15,363 bases of DNA, taken from a virus. The position numbers and the translations under genes are program-made. Shown here one piece after another: positions 5,258-13,309 of this stretch. The stretch lies in the UHGV virus genome UHGV-0120107. One strand, given 5' to 3'. Each line of letters opens with the position of its first letter. The stretch's first letter is position 1. The notes beneath the pieces are model-generated. The model was not told the DNA's origin. It did not search any database and saw nothing but the letters and a program-made list of their open reading frames with translations.

Positions 5258-7134
5258 GGCCAAGTGAACTCAGCGACCTGCTTTGGGCGCAGGTTGACAG
5301 GGTGGCTCCGCACCTGTTGCCAAACGGCAAGAAAGAGGGGCATGAGTGGGTTGCCGGTAACGTCAACGGCGACAAGGGAAACAGCCTTAAGGTCAACCTT
5401 AGCGGCAAGAAAAAATGGGCTGATTTCGCCGAGGGAGACGGCGGTGACATGCTTGATTTGTGGATGGCATGTCGTGGAATTAACCTGCATCAGGCTATGC
5501 AGGAAGCGAAAGCATTTCTCGGTATCAAGGATGACGATCACCATTTCGATGCCAAACGTGAGAAAAAATTCTCCAGACCTGATCGCAAGAAAATCGCCCG
5601 CTACGTTACCAGAACAGAATCCCATCTTGAGTACCTGCAATCGCGTGGCATATCGCCAGAAATCGTAAAGCGCTACGAGGTTGTCAGCGGCAAGGTGTGG
5701 AATGGAGAGCGGGAACTGGATGCTCTGGTGATTCCGTACAAACGCGATGGTGAGTTGTTGCAGGTCAAGCGAATCAGCACTGAGCGCCCGGACGGGAAGA
5801 AAGTCATTATGGCAGAAGGTGATTGCGAACCTTGTCTGTTCGGATGGCAGGCTCTGGACGCTGGCGTGAGGGCGGTTGTGCTTTGCGAAGGCGAAATTGA
5901 TTGTATGAGCTATGCGCAATACGGCATCTCGGCGTTATCCGTGCCGTTTGGTGGCGGGAAAGGCGCTAAGCAGCAGTGGATTGAGTTTGAGTATCACAAC
6001 CTCGACAGGTTTGAGGAAATATTCATCTCGATGGACGTTGATGATGTTGGTCGTGAAGCCGCAAGGGAAATCGCAAGCCGACTCGGTGAACATCGTTGCC
6101 GTCTTGTTACTCTGCCGTACAAAGACATCAACGAATGCCTGATGAACGGTGTTACCGAGGATGAAATCTGGCAGTACATCGGCACGGCATCCTACTTCGA
6201 TCCTGAAGAACTCTACAGCGCGCGAGAGTTTTACCAGGACACTATCAACGCTTTCTACGGCAAGCAGCAGTATCTGTTTAATCCACCGTGGGAATCTCTG
6301 GCAGATAAATTCCAGTTCCGTGAGGCAGAGTTGACGCTGGTCAATGGTGTGAACGGTCACGGAAAAACGGAGGTTGTCGGGCATATGGCACTTGAGGCAA
6401 TGCGTCAGGGTGTGAAGACGTGCATCGCGTCACTTGAGCTGAAGCCTGGTATTCTCCTTAAGCGCCTTACCCGTCAGGCGACGTGCTGCAAGATGCCGCC
6501 AGTGCTGGAAATTGACTCTGCATTTAAATTTTATGACGAAAGACTTTGGGTGTTTGGTCTGACCGGAACGGCGAAAGCCGACAGGCTGATCGAAATATTC
6601 GACTACGCTCGCCGCCGATACTGGATCCAGTTATTCATCATCGACAGCCTGATGAAATGTGGCATAGGCGACGATGACTATAACGGGCAGAAGGCGTTTG
6701 TTGACTCGATTTGCGACTTCAAAAACAAAACAAACTCCCACGTCATTCTCGTTACTCACTCGCGAAAAGGAGACAGCGAAGAAAAACCAACCGGGAAAAT
6801 GGACGTAAAAGGCTCTGGAGCGATAACAGACCTGACAGACAACCTTTTCATCATCTGGCGTAACAAGGCTCGCGAGAGAGCGTTACAGAGAGTTCAGAGT
6901 GGTGAAAAGATGTCAGAGAAGGACGAACAGCTACTGGCATCTCCGGCATCTGTTTTGATGCTTGAAAAGCAACGTAACGGCGAAGGTTGGGAAGGTGGTG
7001 TCCCGTTGTTCCTTGACGAGCAATCGCACCAGTTCCTGCAACTTGAATCAGGATCGCCATATAGCTACATCGCCAATATGCCGAAATCGGAATATGACGA
7101 GGCGTGGCGACAGGAAAACGTGACGGAGTATTAA
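5254..7134 (+). CDS. Fused DNA primase (Toprim) / DnaB-family helicase replication protein (626 aa)
   Basis: RBS AGAGGGA. Toprim-like motifs (VVLCEGEIDCMSYAQYG and FISMDVDD). Walker A NGVNGHGKTE and Walker B-like LFIIDSLM in the C-terminal half. Takes the place of lambda P or P22 gene 12 after the O-like initiator. Confidence 0.8.
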   Translation: MRPSELSDLLWAQVDRVAPHLLPNGKKEGHEWVAGNVNGDKGNSLKVNLSGKKKWADFAEGDGGDMLDLWMACRGINLHQAMQEAKAFLGIKDDDHHFDAKREKKFSRPDRKKIARYVTRTESHLEYLQSRGISPEIVKRYEVVSGKVWNGERELDALVIPYKRDGELLQVKRISTERPDGKKVIMAEGDCEPCLFGWQALDAGVRAVVLCEGEIDCMSYAQYGISALSVPFGGGKGAKQQWIEFEYHNLDRFEEIFISMDVDDVGREAAREIASRLGEHRCRLVTLPYKDINECLMNGVTEDEIWQYIGTASYFDPEELYSAREFYQDTINAFYGKQQYLFNPPWESLADKFQFREAELTLVNGVNGHGKTEVVGHMALEAMRQGVKTCIASLELKPGILLKRLTRQATCCKMPPVLEIDSAFKFYDERLWVFGLTGTAKADRLIEIFDYARRRYWIQLFIIDSLMKCGIGDDDYNGQKAFVDSICDFKNKTNSHVILVTHSRKGDSEEKPTGKMDVKGSGAITDLTDNLFIIWRNKARERALQRVQSGEKMSEKDEQLLASPASVLMLEKQRNGEGWEGGVPLFLDEQSHQFLQLESGSPYSYIANMPKSEYDEAWRQENVTEY

Positions 7135-7164
7135 ATGACCATCTACATCACTGAGCTAATAACA

Positions 7165-7193
7165 GGGGCTATTTACACAGTAGCCCTTTTTTA
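7165..7193 (+). terminator. Intrinsic terminator (tR2-like) between replication genes and the nin region
   Basis: Hairpin GGGCTA-N9-TAGCCC (7166..7186) followed by TTTTTT (7187..7192), 30 bp past the primase/helicase stop. Confidence 0.6.
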
Positions 7194-7219
7194 TTGGATT
7201 AAGAACGAGGGGGATCCTG

Positions 7220-7558
7220 ATGGACACCGTTAACGGAATGTGTTCAGACGCACCGCGTGCCAAAAAATGTAAATGCGGAAAATCACCGACAATATTCGAC
7301 ATGGAGAACGGGTGCCAAATCTACTGCGCTAACCACGCCGCTGTGGCGGCCGCGAATTATCGCAGTGCGGTAACGGAGTGGGAAGATGGAGCAAGGCGTA
7401 ATAGGTACTGGAAATCATCAAGCCTTCCAGTTTGTGAAAGATTCAACCACAGGCCAAAACCAAAACGTAGCCGGCGAGACAAAGTGTTGAAAAAACTCAT
7501 GCAAATTAACATGGCTGGTTTTGTCAGATTCGTGAGTGAAACGACTAACGGGGATTGA
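7220..7558 (+). CDS. Hypothetical Cys-rich protein (112 aa), first nin-region gene
   Basis: Strong RBS GAGGGGGA. Cysteine cluster CKCGKSPTIFDMENGCQIYCANH suggests a zinc-binding fold. Basic C-terminus. Confidence 0.55.
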   Translation: MDTVNGMCSDAPRAKKCKCGKSPTIFDMENGCQIYCANHAAVAAANYRSAVTEWEDGARRNRYWKSSSLPVCERFNHRPKPKRSRRDKVLKKLMQINMAGFVRFVSETTNGD

Positions 7559-7559
7559 T

Positions 7560-7913
7560 ATGGACGAATCAAGAAAGTCTTTCGAGCAATGGGCATCAAA
7601 GCAATTCAATATCTCAGTAGAGGAAATTGTTAATAAGCGAATGCTGGGTGATTACCTGCACAACCCAGACTTACATAATGCATGGCAAGCATGGATAGAT
7701 AGCAGGGCGGCAATAGAAATTGAGCTACCAAAGCCTCATGCACATCTTATATGGATTCAGGCTGGTCATGCGCCTGACGATTATTGGGATGATGTGGCGG
7801 TGTCATATAGCGAAAAGGATAAATGCTGCGACGGTTCAGACCGCTATCCTGTGCATGCTGGATGGGAAATTGAAGAGGTTCTTCGCGCCGCTGGAATCAA
7901 AGTGAAGGAGTGA
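7560..7913 (+). CDS. Hypothetical protein (117 aa), nin region
   Basis: ATG at 7560 with GGGGA upstream, two nt after the previous stop. The track start at 7536 is a GTG. Acidic protein containing a CCDGSDRYPVHAGWE segment. Confidence 0.55.
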   Translation: MDESRKSFEQWASKQFNISVEEIVNKRMLGDYLHNPDLHNAWQAWIDSRAAIEIELPKPHAHLIWIQAGHAPDDYWDDVAVSYSEKDKCCDGSDRYPVHAGWEIEEVLRAAGIKVKE

Positions 7914-7915
7914 GT

Positions 7916-8068
7916 ATGAGCGGAATAATAACCGGCATAGCAGCTGGCATGTGCGCTGGCTCAGCAGTCGCCGCAATCCTCTGGGATGAAGAGTGGAATT
8001 TGCGGACGTTTATCAAATATCAGGTTGCGGCACTTGGGATTGTTTCTGCAATGTACATTCTGAGGTGA
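7916..8068 (+). CDS. Small hydrophobic protein (50 aa), likely membrane peptide
   Basis: AAGGAG RBS at 7905..7910. ATG overlaps the previous stop. Translation MSGIITGIAAGMCAGSAVAAILWDEEWNLRTFIKYQVAALGIVSAMYILR. Below the track cutoff. Confidence 0.45.
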   Translation: MSGIITGIAAGMCAGSAVAAILWDEEWNLRTFIKYQVAALGIVSAMYILR

Positions 8069-8083
8069 GTATGAGGCCAACTT

Positions 8084-8533
8084 ATGCAAATCGAGATGAT
8101 CAAGACCGCAGGGGGAGTATTCGCTCCGGCGTTTGAGCATGACCTTCCCCGCCTTACCAAGTTCCAAAACGGCGAGATGTACACAGCCGAATTCAAGTTA
8201 ACCCGCAATCCTGCATTCCATCGAAAAATGTTCGCGTTCTTCAACTTCTGCTTTCAGCACTGGGCTGCTGACAAGGCAGGTCTTGAGCATGCCGACGAAA
8301 CCACTCAGTTCAACCGGTTCAGAAAAGACCTGACGATACTGGCTGGCTTCTACGACATGGTGACGAACATTCGCGGTGAGGTTAGGGCAGAGGCTAAAAG
8401 CCTGTCATACGGCAGCATGGAGGCAGATGAATTCGAGCGTTGCTACAGCGCCATGATTAACGCAGCTATCAAGCATGTGTTTGGCAAGACGAAAGACCAG
8501 AACGTGCTGAATCAGCTCTACAACTTTTTCTGA
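8084..8533 (+). CDS. Hypothetical nin-region protein (149 aa); possibly DUF1367/YbcN-like
   Basis: GAGG RBS. Sits where DLP12-type prophages carry ybcN. The family assignment is a tentative recollection. Confidence 0.55.
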   Translation: MQIEMIKTAGGVFAPAFEHDLPRLTKFQNGEMYTAEFKLTRNPAFHRKMFAFFNFCFQHWAADKAGLEHADETTQFNRFRKDLTILAGFYDMVTNIRGEVRAEAKSLSYGSMEADEFERCYSAMINAAIKHVFGKTKDQNVLNQLYNFF

Positions 8534-8539
8534 GGTTAT

Positions 8540-8722
8540 ATGGGAAAGCAGCGACGAAGCATAACTCAAATCGCAATGGACAACCTGATATTCATCCCCA
8601 CCAAACGCTCCAGAAACAAACCCAAGCCAGTACCTTCCGAATAAGACGTAACGACCTTTAACTACACCGCGCACCTGTGGGATATCCGCTGGCTGCGTGA
8701 CCGTGCGAGGAAAACAAGGTGA
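8540..8722 (+). pseudogene. ninE: ninE-like gene interrupted by an in-frame TAA stop at codon 35
   Basis: ATG at 8540 (GAGG RBS) encodes [34 protein letters not shown], then TAA at 8642..8644. The same frame continues DVTTFNYTAHLWDIRWLRDRARKTR to TGA at 8720..8722. Both halves resemble lambda NinE (60 aa) as I recall it. Confidence 0.5.
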
Positions 8723-8889
8723 TTGACCCAAATCGAAGTTACGAACAAGAAAGCGTAGAGCGAGCTTTAACGTGCGCTAACTGCGGTCAGAAGCTGCATG
8801 TGCTGGAAGTTCACGTGTGCTCCGATTGCTGCGCAGAACTGATGAGCGATCCGAATAGCTCAATGTACGAGGAAGAAGACGATGAGTGA
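8719..8889 (+). CDS. ninF: NinF-like small zinc-ribbon protein (56 aa)
   Basis: GTG start overlapping the ninE stop. Translation VIDPNRSYEQESVERALTCANCGQKLHVLEVHVCSDCCAELMSDPNSSMYEEEDDE with two Cys pairs. Resembles lambda NinF as I recall it. Confidence 0.55.
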   Translation: MIDPNRSYEQESVERALTCANCGQKLHVLEVHVCSDCCAELMSDPNSSMYEEEDDE

Positions 8890-9094
8890 TTACCTGAAAT
8901 GGTATCTCTGCCACCGCTGGTTAATTAAGTGTGCTGTAAAAGACTGGATGACAGCGGATGCCAACAAGCTTAAGCAAAGAAAAGACTATTACTACGCCAG
9001 AATGAAGGAAAACTACTGCTCAATTCGCACTCGCATATTTATTAAAAAAGACCTTCAGTCAATTCTTCAATTGCGAGGGAAGGTAAATGGCTAA
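8882..9094 (+). CDS. Hypothetical protein (70 aa), nin region
   Basis: ORF track. GAGGA upstream. Overlaps the ninF 3' end and the next gene's start. No recognisable motif. Confidence 0.45.
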   Translation: MSDYLKWYLCHRWLIKCAVKDWMTADANKLKQRKDYYYARMKENYCSIRTRIFIKKDLQSILQLRGKVNG

Positions 9095-9377
9095 CCTACG
9101 CAAAGAAGCACGCGGCAGAGAATGTCAGGTACGTATTTACGGCGTATGCAATGGCAATCCTGAAACTACAGTTCTGGCACATTACCGGATGGCTGGAATT
9201 TGCGGAACGGGAATGAAACCTGACGACCTGATCGGCGCATGGGCTTGTAGCGACTGCCACGCTGAGATCGACCGACGCACCCATAACCTCAACAACAAAG
9301 ACGCCAGACTTTACCACCTCGAAGGCGTGATCAGGACGCAGGCGATACTGCTGAAGGAGGGGAAGATTAAACCATGA
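9087..9377 (+). CDS. Cys-rich protein (96 aa), YbcO/DUF1364-like putative nuclease
   Basis: ORF track. Cysteines at C..C, C and C..C (CQVRIYGVCNGN, ...GICGTG, CSDCHAEIDRR). Lies immediately upstream of rusA as ybcO does in DLP12-type prophages. Family name from memory. Confidence 0.55.
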   Translation: MANLRKEARGRECQVRIYGVCNGNPETTVLAHYRMAGICGTGMKPDDLIGAWACSDCHAEIDRRTHNLNNKDARLYHLEGVIRTQAILLKEGKIKP

Positions 9378-9736
9378 ACGAATATCAGTTTGTGCTTCCA
9401 TACCCGCCGTCGCTGAATACCTACTGGAGAAGACGGGGAAGCCAATACTACATCAGCGATAAAGGCCAGAAATACCGAAAAGACGTTCAGCAAATCATTC
9501 GCCAACTCAAGTTAGACATTTTCACCAAATCACGACTCCGTATCAAAGTCATCGCAGACGTTCCAGACTCCCGCCGCCGCGACCTCGACAACATCCTGAA
9601 AGGTTTACTCGACTCCCTTATCCACGCCGGATTTGCGGAAGACGACGAGCAATTCGATGACATTCGCGTAATTCGTGGTGTGAAAGTACCAGGCGGACGG
9701 CTTGGAATAAAAATCACCGAACTGGAGAACGTATGA
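9374..9736 (+). CDS. rusA: RusA Holliday-junction resolvase (120 aa)
   Basis: Matches RusA along its length as I recall it (...LPYPPSLN.YWRR..., ...DVPDSRRRDLDN..., ...GGRL.I.ITEL...). Overlaps neighbours by 4 nt on both sides. Confidence 0.85.
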   Translation: MNEYQFVLPYPPSLNTYWRRRGSQYYISDKGQKYRKDVQQIIRQLKLDIFTKSRLRIKVIADVPDSRRRDLDNILKGLLDSLIHAGFAEDDEQFDDIRVIRGVKVPGGRLGIKITELENV

Positions 9737-9921
9737 ACGCCACAATTCAAACGATACCAGAACTGCTTATACAGGCACGAGGCAATCAGACCGAAGTGGC
9801 GAGGATGCTTTCCTGCGCAAGAGGAACAGTGCTCAAGTACAACCGAGACAGAAAAGGCGAGCGTCACGTAATAGTTAACGGCGTCCTGATGGTCAAACAG
9901 GGCAAGAGGGGAAGACGATGA
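9733..9921 (+). CDS. ninH: NinH-like protein (62 aa)
   Basis: ...TIPELLIQARGNQTEVARMLSCARGTVLKYNRD... resembles lambda NinH (...YGNQTEVARRLKCSRGTVRKY...) as I recall it. Sits immediately upstream of Q. Confidence 0.7.
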   Translation: MNATIQTIPELLIQARGNQTEVARMLSCARGTVLKYNRDRKGERHVIVNGVLMVKQGKRGRR

Positions 9922-10541
9922 GACTCGAAAGCGTAGCTAAATTTCATTCGCCAAAAAGCCCGATGATGAGCGACTCACCACGGGCCACGGCTTCTGACTC
10001 TCTTTCCGGTACTGATGTGATGGCTGCTATGGGGATGGCGCAATCACAAGCCGGATTCGGCATGGCTGCATTCTGTGGTAAGCACGAACTCAGCCAGAAC
10101 GACAAACAAAAGGCTATCAACTATCTGATGCAATTTGCACACAAGGTATCGGGGAAATACCGTGGTGTGGCAAAGCTCGAAGGAAATACTAAGGCAAAGG
10201 TACTGCAAGTGCTCGCAACATTCGCTTATGCGGATTATTGCCGTAGTGCCGCGACGCCGGGCGCAAGATGCAGAGATTGCCACGGTACAGGCCGTGCGGT
10301 TGATATAGCAAAAACAGAGCAGTGGGGGAGAGTTGTCGAGAAAGAGTGCGGAAGATGCAAAGGCGTCGGCTATTCAAGAATGCCAGCAAGCGCCGCATAT
10401 CGCGCTGTAACGATGCTAATCCCAAACCTTACCCAACCCACCTGGTCACGCACTGTTAAGCCGCTGTATGACGCTCTGGTGGTGCAATGCCACAAGGAAG
10501 AGTCAATCGCAGACAACATTTTGAATGCGGTTACACGTTAG
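9918..10541 (+). CDS. Q: Q late-gene antiterminator, lambda type (207 aa)
   Basis: Full-length match to lambda Q as I recall it (MRLESVAKFHSPKSPMMSDSPRATASDSLSG...), followed by a lambda-type PR'/qut region. Confidence 0.9.
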   Translation: MRLESVAKFHSPKSPMMSDSPRATASDSLSGTDVMAAMGMAQSQAGFGMAAFCGKHELSQNDKQKAINYLMQFAHKVSGKYRGVAKLEGNTKAKVLQVLATFAYADYCRSAATPGARCRDCHGTGRAVDIAKTEQWGRVVEKECGRCKGVGYSRMPASAAYRAVTMLIPNLTQPTWSRTVKPLYDALVVQCHKEESIADNILNAVTR

Positions 10542-10583
10542 CAGCATAATTGCCACGGATGGCAACATATTAACGGCATGATA

Positions 10584-10612
10584 TTGACTTTTTGAATAAA
10601 GTTGGGTAAATT
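10584..10612 (+). promoter_or_regulatory. PR' late promoter with qut region
   Basis: -35 TTGACT (10584..10589), 17-bp spacer, -10 TAAATT (10607..10612), 43 bp downstream of Q. Sequence closely resembles lambda PR'. Confidence 0.7.
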
Positions 10613-10619
10613 TGACCCA

Positions 10620-10811
10620 ACGATGGGTTAATTCGCTCGTTGTGGTAGTGAGATGAAAAGAGGCGGCGCTTACTACCGATTCCGCCTAGTTGGTCACTTC
10701 GACGTATCGTCTGGAACTCCAACCATCGCAGGCTGAGAGGTCTGCAAAATGCAATCCCGAAACAGTTCGCAGGTAATAGTTAGAGCCTGCACAACGGTTT
10801 CGGGATTTTTT
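10620..10811 (+). ncRNA. 6S-like late leader RNA ending at the tR' terminator
   Basis: About 190 nt from the predicted PR' start to a strong terminator: 10-bp stem ATCCCGAAAC/GTTTCGGGAT (10754..10763 and 10797..10806) followed by TTTTTT. Confidence 0.6.
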
Positions 10812-11086
10812 ATATCTGCACAACAGGTAAGAGCATTAAAGAACTGGCAAAGAGCTTAACGGTCTGCGAAAGCATTTCTTAGTGGCACAACTGGCCGGTA
10901 CAACTGAGTGCTCTTTCCGGTGTGGTGAATGCGCAGGCTGATGCGCGCAGGAGAGCTTCGGAAGAACAAGGTGCCTGTATACAAGCCGGAGATCAGCGCC
11001 GGCCACCACAGCCAAATCCACCCAGAGCAAAACCGTTGTTCATCCTTACCATTCCCTCAGTATTTTGGACTACAACCCTCAGCCCA

Positions 11087-11200
11087 TTTTTTAAAGCGTA
11101 CTTCCACCAAGAACTAGACCTAACCAACTCATTGCTGACACTCTGTGGATACGGTTGTCTAGTGCGCTTTAAAAAAGAAAACCCAGCATCAATGGCTGGG
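11087..11200. repeat. Nested inverted repeats plus a minus-strand terminator-like hairpin between tR' and S
   Basis: 12-bp perfect inverted repeat TTTTTTAAAGCG (11087..11098) / CGCTTTAAAAAA (11165..11176) encloses a 7-bp inner repeat ACTAGAC (11113..11119) / GTCTAGT (11157..11163). Adjacent hairpin CCCAGC-N7-GCTGGG (11182..11200) is followed on the minus strand by TTTTCTTTTTT. Confidence 0.4.
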
Positions 11201-11363
11201 CTTCGTGATATGAGCGGCATGTATTGTTGGCGCAATCCACGCCTGATTTGCTCATGAATGCGGTCACGAACAAACCCGTTACAAATCAACCGTAACCCGG
11301 ATTTGTTCAAGCGACCATATCCATAATTCCTAATTTGAACAGATCCCCTTCTGGGGGTAAGAC

Positions 11364-11687
11364 ATGAAGATGCCAGAAAAACATGACCTGTTAGCTGCCA
11401 TTCTCGCGGCAAAGGAACAAGGCATCGGGGCAATCCTTGCGTTTGCAATGGCGTACCTTCGCGGCAGATATAATGGCGGTGCGTTTACAAAAACAGTAAT
11501 CGACGCAACGATGTGCGCCATTATCGCCTGGTTCATTCGTGACCTTCTCGACTTCGCCGGACTAAGTAGCAACCTCGCTTATATAACGAGCGTGTTCATC
11601 GGCTACATCGGTACTGACTCGATAGGTTCGCTTATCAAACGCTTCGCTGCTAAAAAAGCCGGAGTAGAAGATGGTGGAAATCAATAA
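11364..11687 (+). CDS. S: Holin S, lambda type (107 aa, dual-start motif MKM)
   Basis: Near-identical to lambda S as I recall it ([64 protein letters not shown]...). GGGGG RBS. Confidence 0.9.
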   Translation: MKMPEKHDLLAAILAAKEQGIGAILAFAMAYLRGRYNGGAFTKTVIDATMCAIIAWFIRDLLDFAGLSSNLAYITSVFIGYIGTDSIGSLIKRFAAKKAGVEDGGNQ

Positions 11688-12147
11688 TCAACGTAAGGCG
11701 TTCCTCGATATGCTGGCGTGGTCAGAGGGAACTGATAACGGACGACAGAAAACCAGAAATCATGGTTATGACGTCATTGTTGGCGGAGAGCTATTCACTG
11801 ATTACTCAGATCACCCTCGCAAACTTGTCACGCTAAACCCAAAACTCAAATCAACAGCAGCCGGGCGCTACCAGCTTCTTTCCCGTTGGTGGGATTCCTA
11901 TCGTAAGCAGCTTGGCCTGAAAGATTTCTCTCCGAAAAGTCAGGACGCTGTTGCGCTGCAGCAGATTAAGGAACGTGGCGCTTTGCCGATGATTGATCGC
12001 GGTGATATTCGTCAGGCTATCGACCGTTGCAGCAATATCTGGGCTTCACTGCCGGGGGCTGGTTATGGTCAGTTCGAGCATAAGGCTGACAGCCTGATTG
12101 CAAAATTCAAAGAAGCTGGCGGAACGGTCAGAGAGATTGAGGTATGA
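11671..12147 (+). CDS. R: Endolysin R, lambda-type lytic transglycosylase (158 aa)
   Basis: Matches lambda R as I recall it ([49 protein letters not shown]...). Start overlaps the S 3' end as in lambda. Confidence 0.9.
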   Translation: MVEINNQRKAFLDMLAWSEGTDNGRQKTRNHGYDVIVGGELFTDYSDHPRKLVTLNPKLKSTAAGRYQLLSRWWDSYRKQLGLKDFSPKSQDAVALQQIKERGALPMIDRGDIRQAIDRCSNIWASLPGAGYGQFEHKADSLIAKFKEAGGTVREIEV

Positions 12148-12581
12148 GCAGAGTAACCGCGATTATCTCCGCTCTGGTTATCTGCATCATCGTCTGTCTG
12201 TCATGGGCTGTTAATCATTACCGTGATAACGCCATTGCCTACAAAGAGCAGCGCGATAAAGCCACATCCACAATCGCTAACATGCAGAAGCGTCAACGTG
12301 ATGTAGCAGAACTCGACGCAAGATATACAAAGGAACTTGCTGATGCTAACGCGACTATCGAAAGTCTCCGTGCTGATGTTTCTGCTGGGCGTAAGCGCCT
12401 GCAAGTCGCCGCCACCTGTGCAAAGTCAACGACCGGAGCCAGCAGCATGGGCGATGGAGAAAGCCCAAGACTTACAGCAGATGCTGAACTCAATTATTAC
12501 CGTCTCAGAAGTGGAATCGACAAGATAACCGCGCAGGTTAACTACCTGCAGGAATACATCAGGACGCAATGCCTTCGATGA
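12144..12581 (+). CDS. Rz: Rz spanin, inner-membrane subunit (145 aa)
   Basis: N-terminal 30 aa match lambda Rz ([31 protein letters not shown]...); the rest is divergent. ATGA overlap with the R stop. Confidence 0.85.
   Translation: MSRVTAIISALVICIIVCLSWAVNHYRDNAIAYKEQRDKATSTIANMQKRQRDVAELDARYTKELADANATIESLRADVSAGRKRLQVAATCAKSTTGASSMGDGESPRLTADAELNYYRLRSGIDKITAQVNYLQEYIRTQCLR
12337..12528 (+). CDS. Rz1: Rz1 spanin, outer-membrane lipoprotein subunit, embedded in Rz in the +1 frame
   Basis: ORF wholly inside Rz in another frame. Signal-peptide-like N-terminus with lipobox-like LLGVSAC followed by a Pro-rich segment ([14 protein letters not shown]). The true start may be an internal Met. Confidence 0.7.
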   Translation: MLMLTRLSKVSVLMFLLGVSACKSPPPVQSQRPEPAAWAMEKAQDLQQMLNSIITVSEVESTR

Positions 12582-12754
12582 TAGCGATAATTTTACTCAT
12601 CATCCTTCACATCTGGCTCTGTAGGAAGGGTGGTGATCACTTCTGGAGCGAATCCAGATTAAAAATCTCATTGCTGATGCTTGAAGTTGAGCATATGGCG
12701 CGCGGTAAGGGGCTGCGTTGAGATAAGAACCAGTCATTACAAATACCAGGATTT

Positions 12755-12780
12755 AGCCTCGCATTCGCGGGGCTTTTTAT
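12755..12780 (+). terminator. Intrinsic terminator after the lysis cassette
   Basis: Hairpin GCCTCGC-ATTC-GCGGGGC (one mismatch) followed by TTTTTATT, about 175 bp past the Rz stop. Confidence 0.5.
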
Positions 12781-12885
12781 TGCCATTACAAAAGCCATTC
12801 CCTACAGAGTGGCTTTGATAATGGCTTATACCCTACACGGGATAACTTAACTGATATCCCTTTTAACGGATAAACGGAGCCAACA

Positions 12886-13122
12886 ATGGCAGAGATTATT
12901 CCCATGACTGAAGAACAGAAATTCCAGTTAGAGATTTACAAACTGGTCATGAACCAGAACGCAGCCGCAGAAGAAGCATTTCAGTTCATTGGTACTGACG
13001 AGTTGAAGCTTGAGCTATTCAAAATTCACTTCCAGTCAGGCGGCGCTAATTCGGATATCACGATCCGCACATTCGAAGCGGTGCGTAAATCGAAGGAAGC
13101 GTTAGACCTGTTCACTACCTGA
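12886..13122 (+). CDS. Hypothetical protein (78 aa) upstream of the terminase genes
   Basis: ORF track. GGAG RBS at 12874..12877. No recognisable motif. Confidence 0.5.
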   Translation: MAEIIPMTEEQKFQLEIYKLVMNQNAAAEEAFQFIGTDELKLELFKIHFQSGGANSDITIRTFEAVRKSKEALDLFTT

Positions 13123-13129
13123 GCATGAT

Positions 13130-13309
13130 GTGAGCCGCGTAATCAATTTGGGTAAGGAGAAGAAATTCCCAATTACTCAAGAGCTATACGAGCGGCTGGA
13201 AAGCGTCATTCATGATTACGATGGTGAAATCAGTTTATGCGAGGCGATTGGCACACTCGAATTGCTGAAGCAGTCATTGATTGAAGGCGCTAAAGAGCCA
13301 TCAGCCTGA
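13130..13309 (+). CDS. Possible small ORF (59 aa, GTG start)
   Basis: GTG at 13130 to TGA at 13307..13309 (VSRVINLGKEKKFPITQELYERLESVIHDYDGEISLCEAIGTLELLKQSLIEGAKEPSA). Fills the gap before terS. Weak start signal. Confidence 0.3.
   Translation: MSRVINLGKEKKFPITQELYERLESVIHDYDGEISLCEAIGTLELLKQSLIEGAKEPSA

Noticed and set aside
5242-5919. 225-aa ORF on the minus strand
   Set aside because: Lies wholly inside the well-supported primase/helicase gene on the opposite strand, with no RBS and a low-complexity translation. Treated as a shadow ORF.
9096-9867. Minus-strand ORFs of 101, 64 and 126 aa across the YbcO-like/RusA/NinH genes
   Set aside because: Antisense to a tightly packed, translationally coupled plus-strand operon. 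No support as genes.
10922-11257. 111-aa plus-strand ORF, and the overlapping minus-strand ORFs at 10836..11030 and 10993..11448, in the Q-to-S interval
   Set aside because: Translations are low-complexity (Pro/Arg-rich runs) and lack start signals, and the 151-aa minus ORF runs into the S gene. I interpret the region as non-coding. I also looked for a tRNA here, as in Stx phages, and found no T-loop or acceptor-stem pattern.
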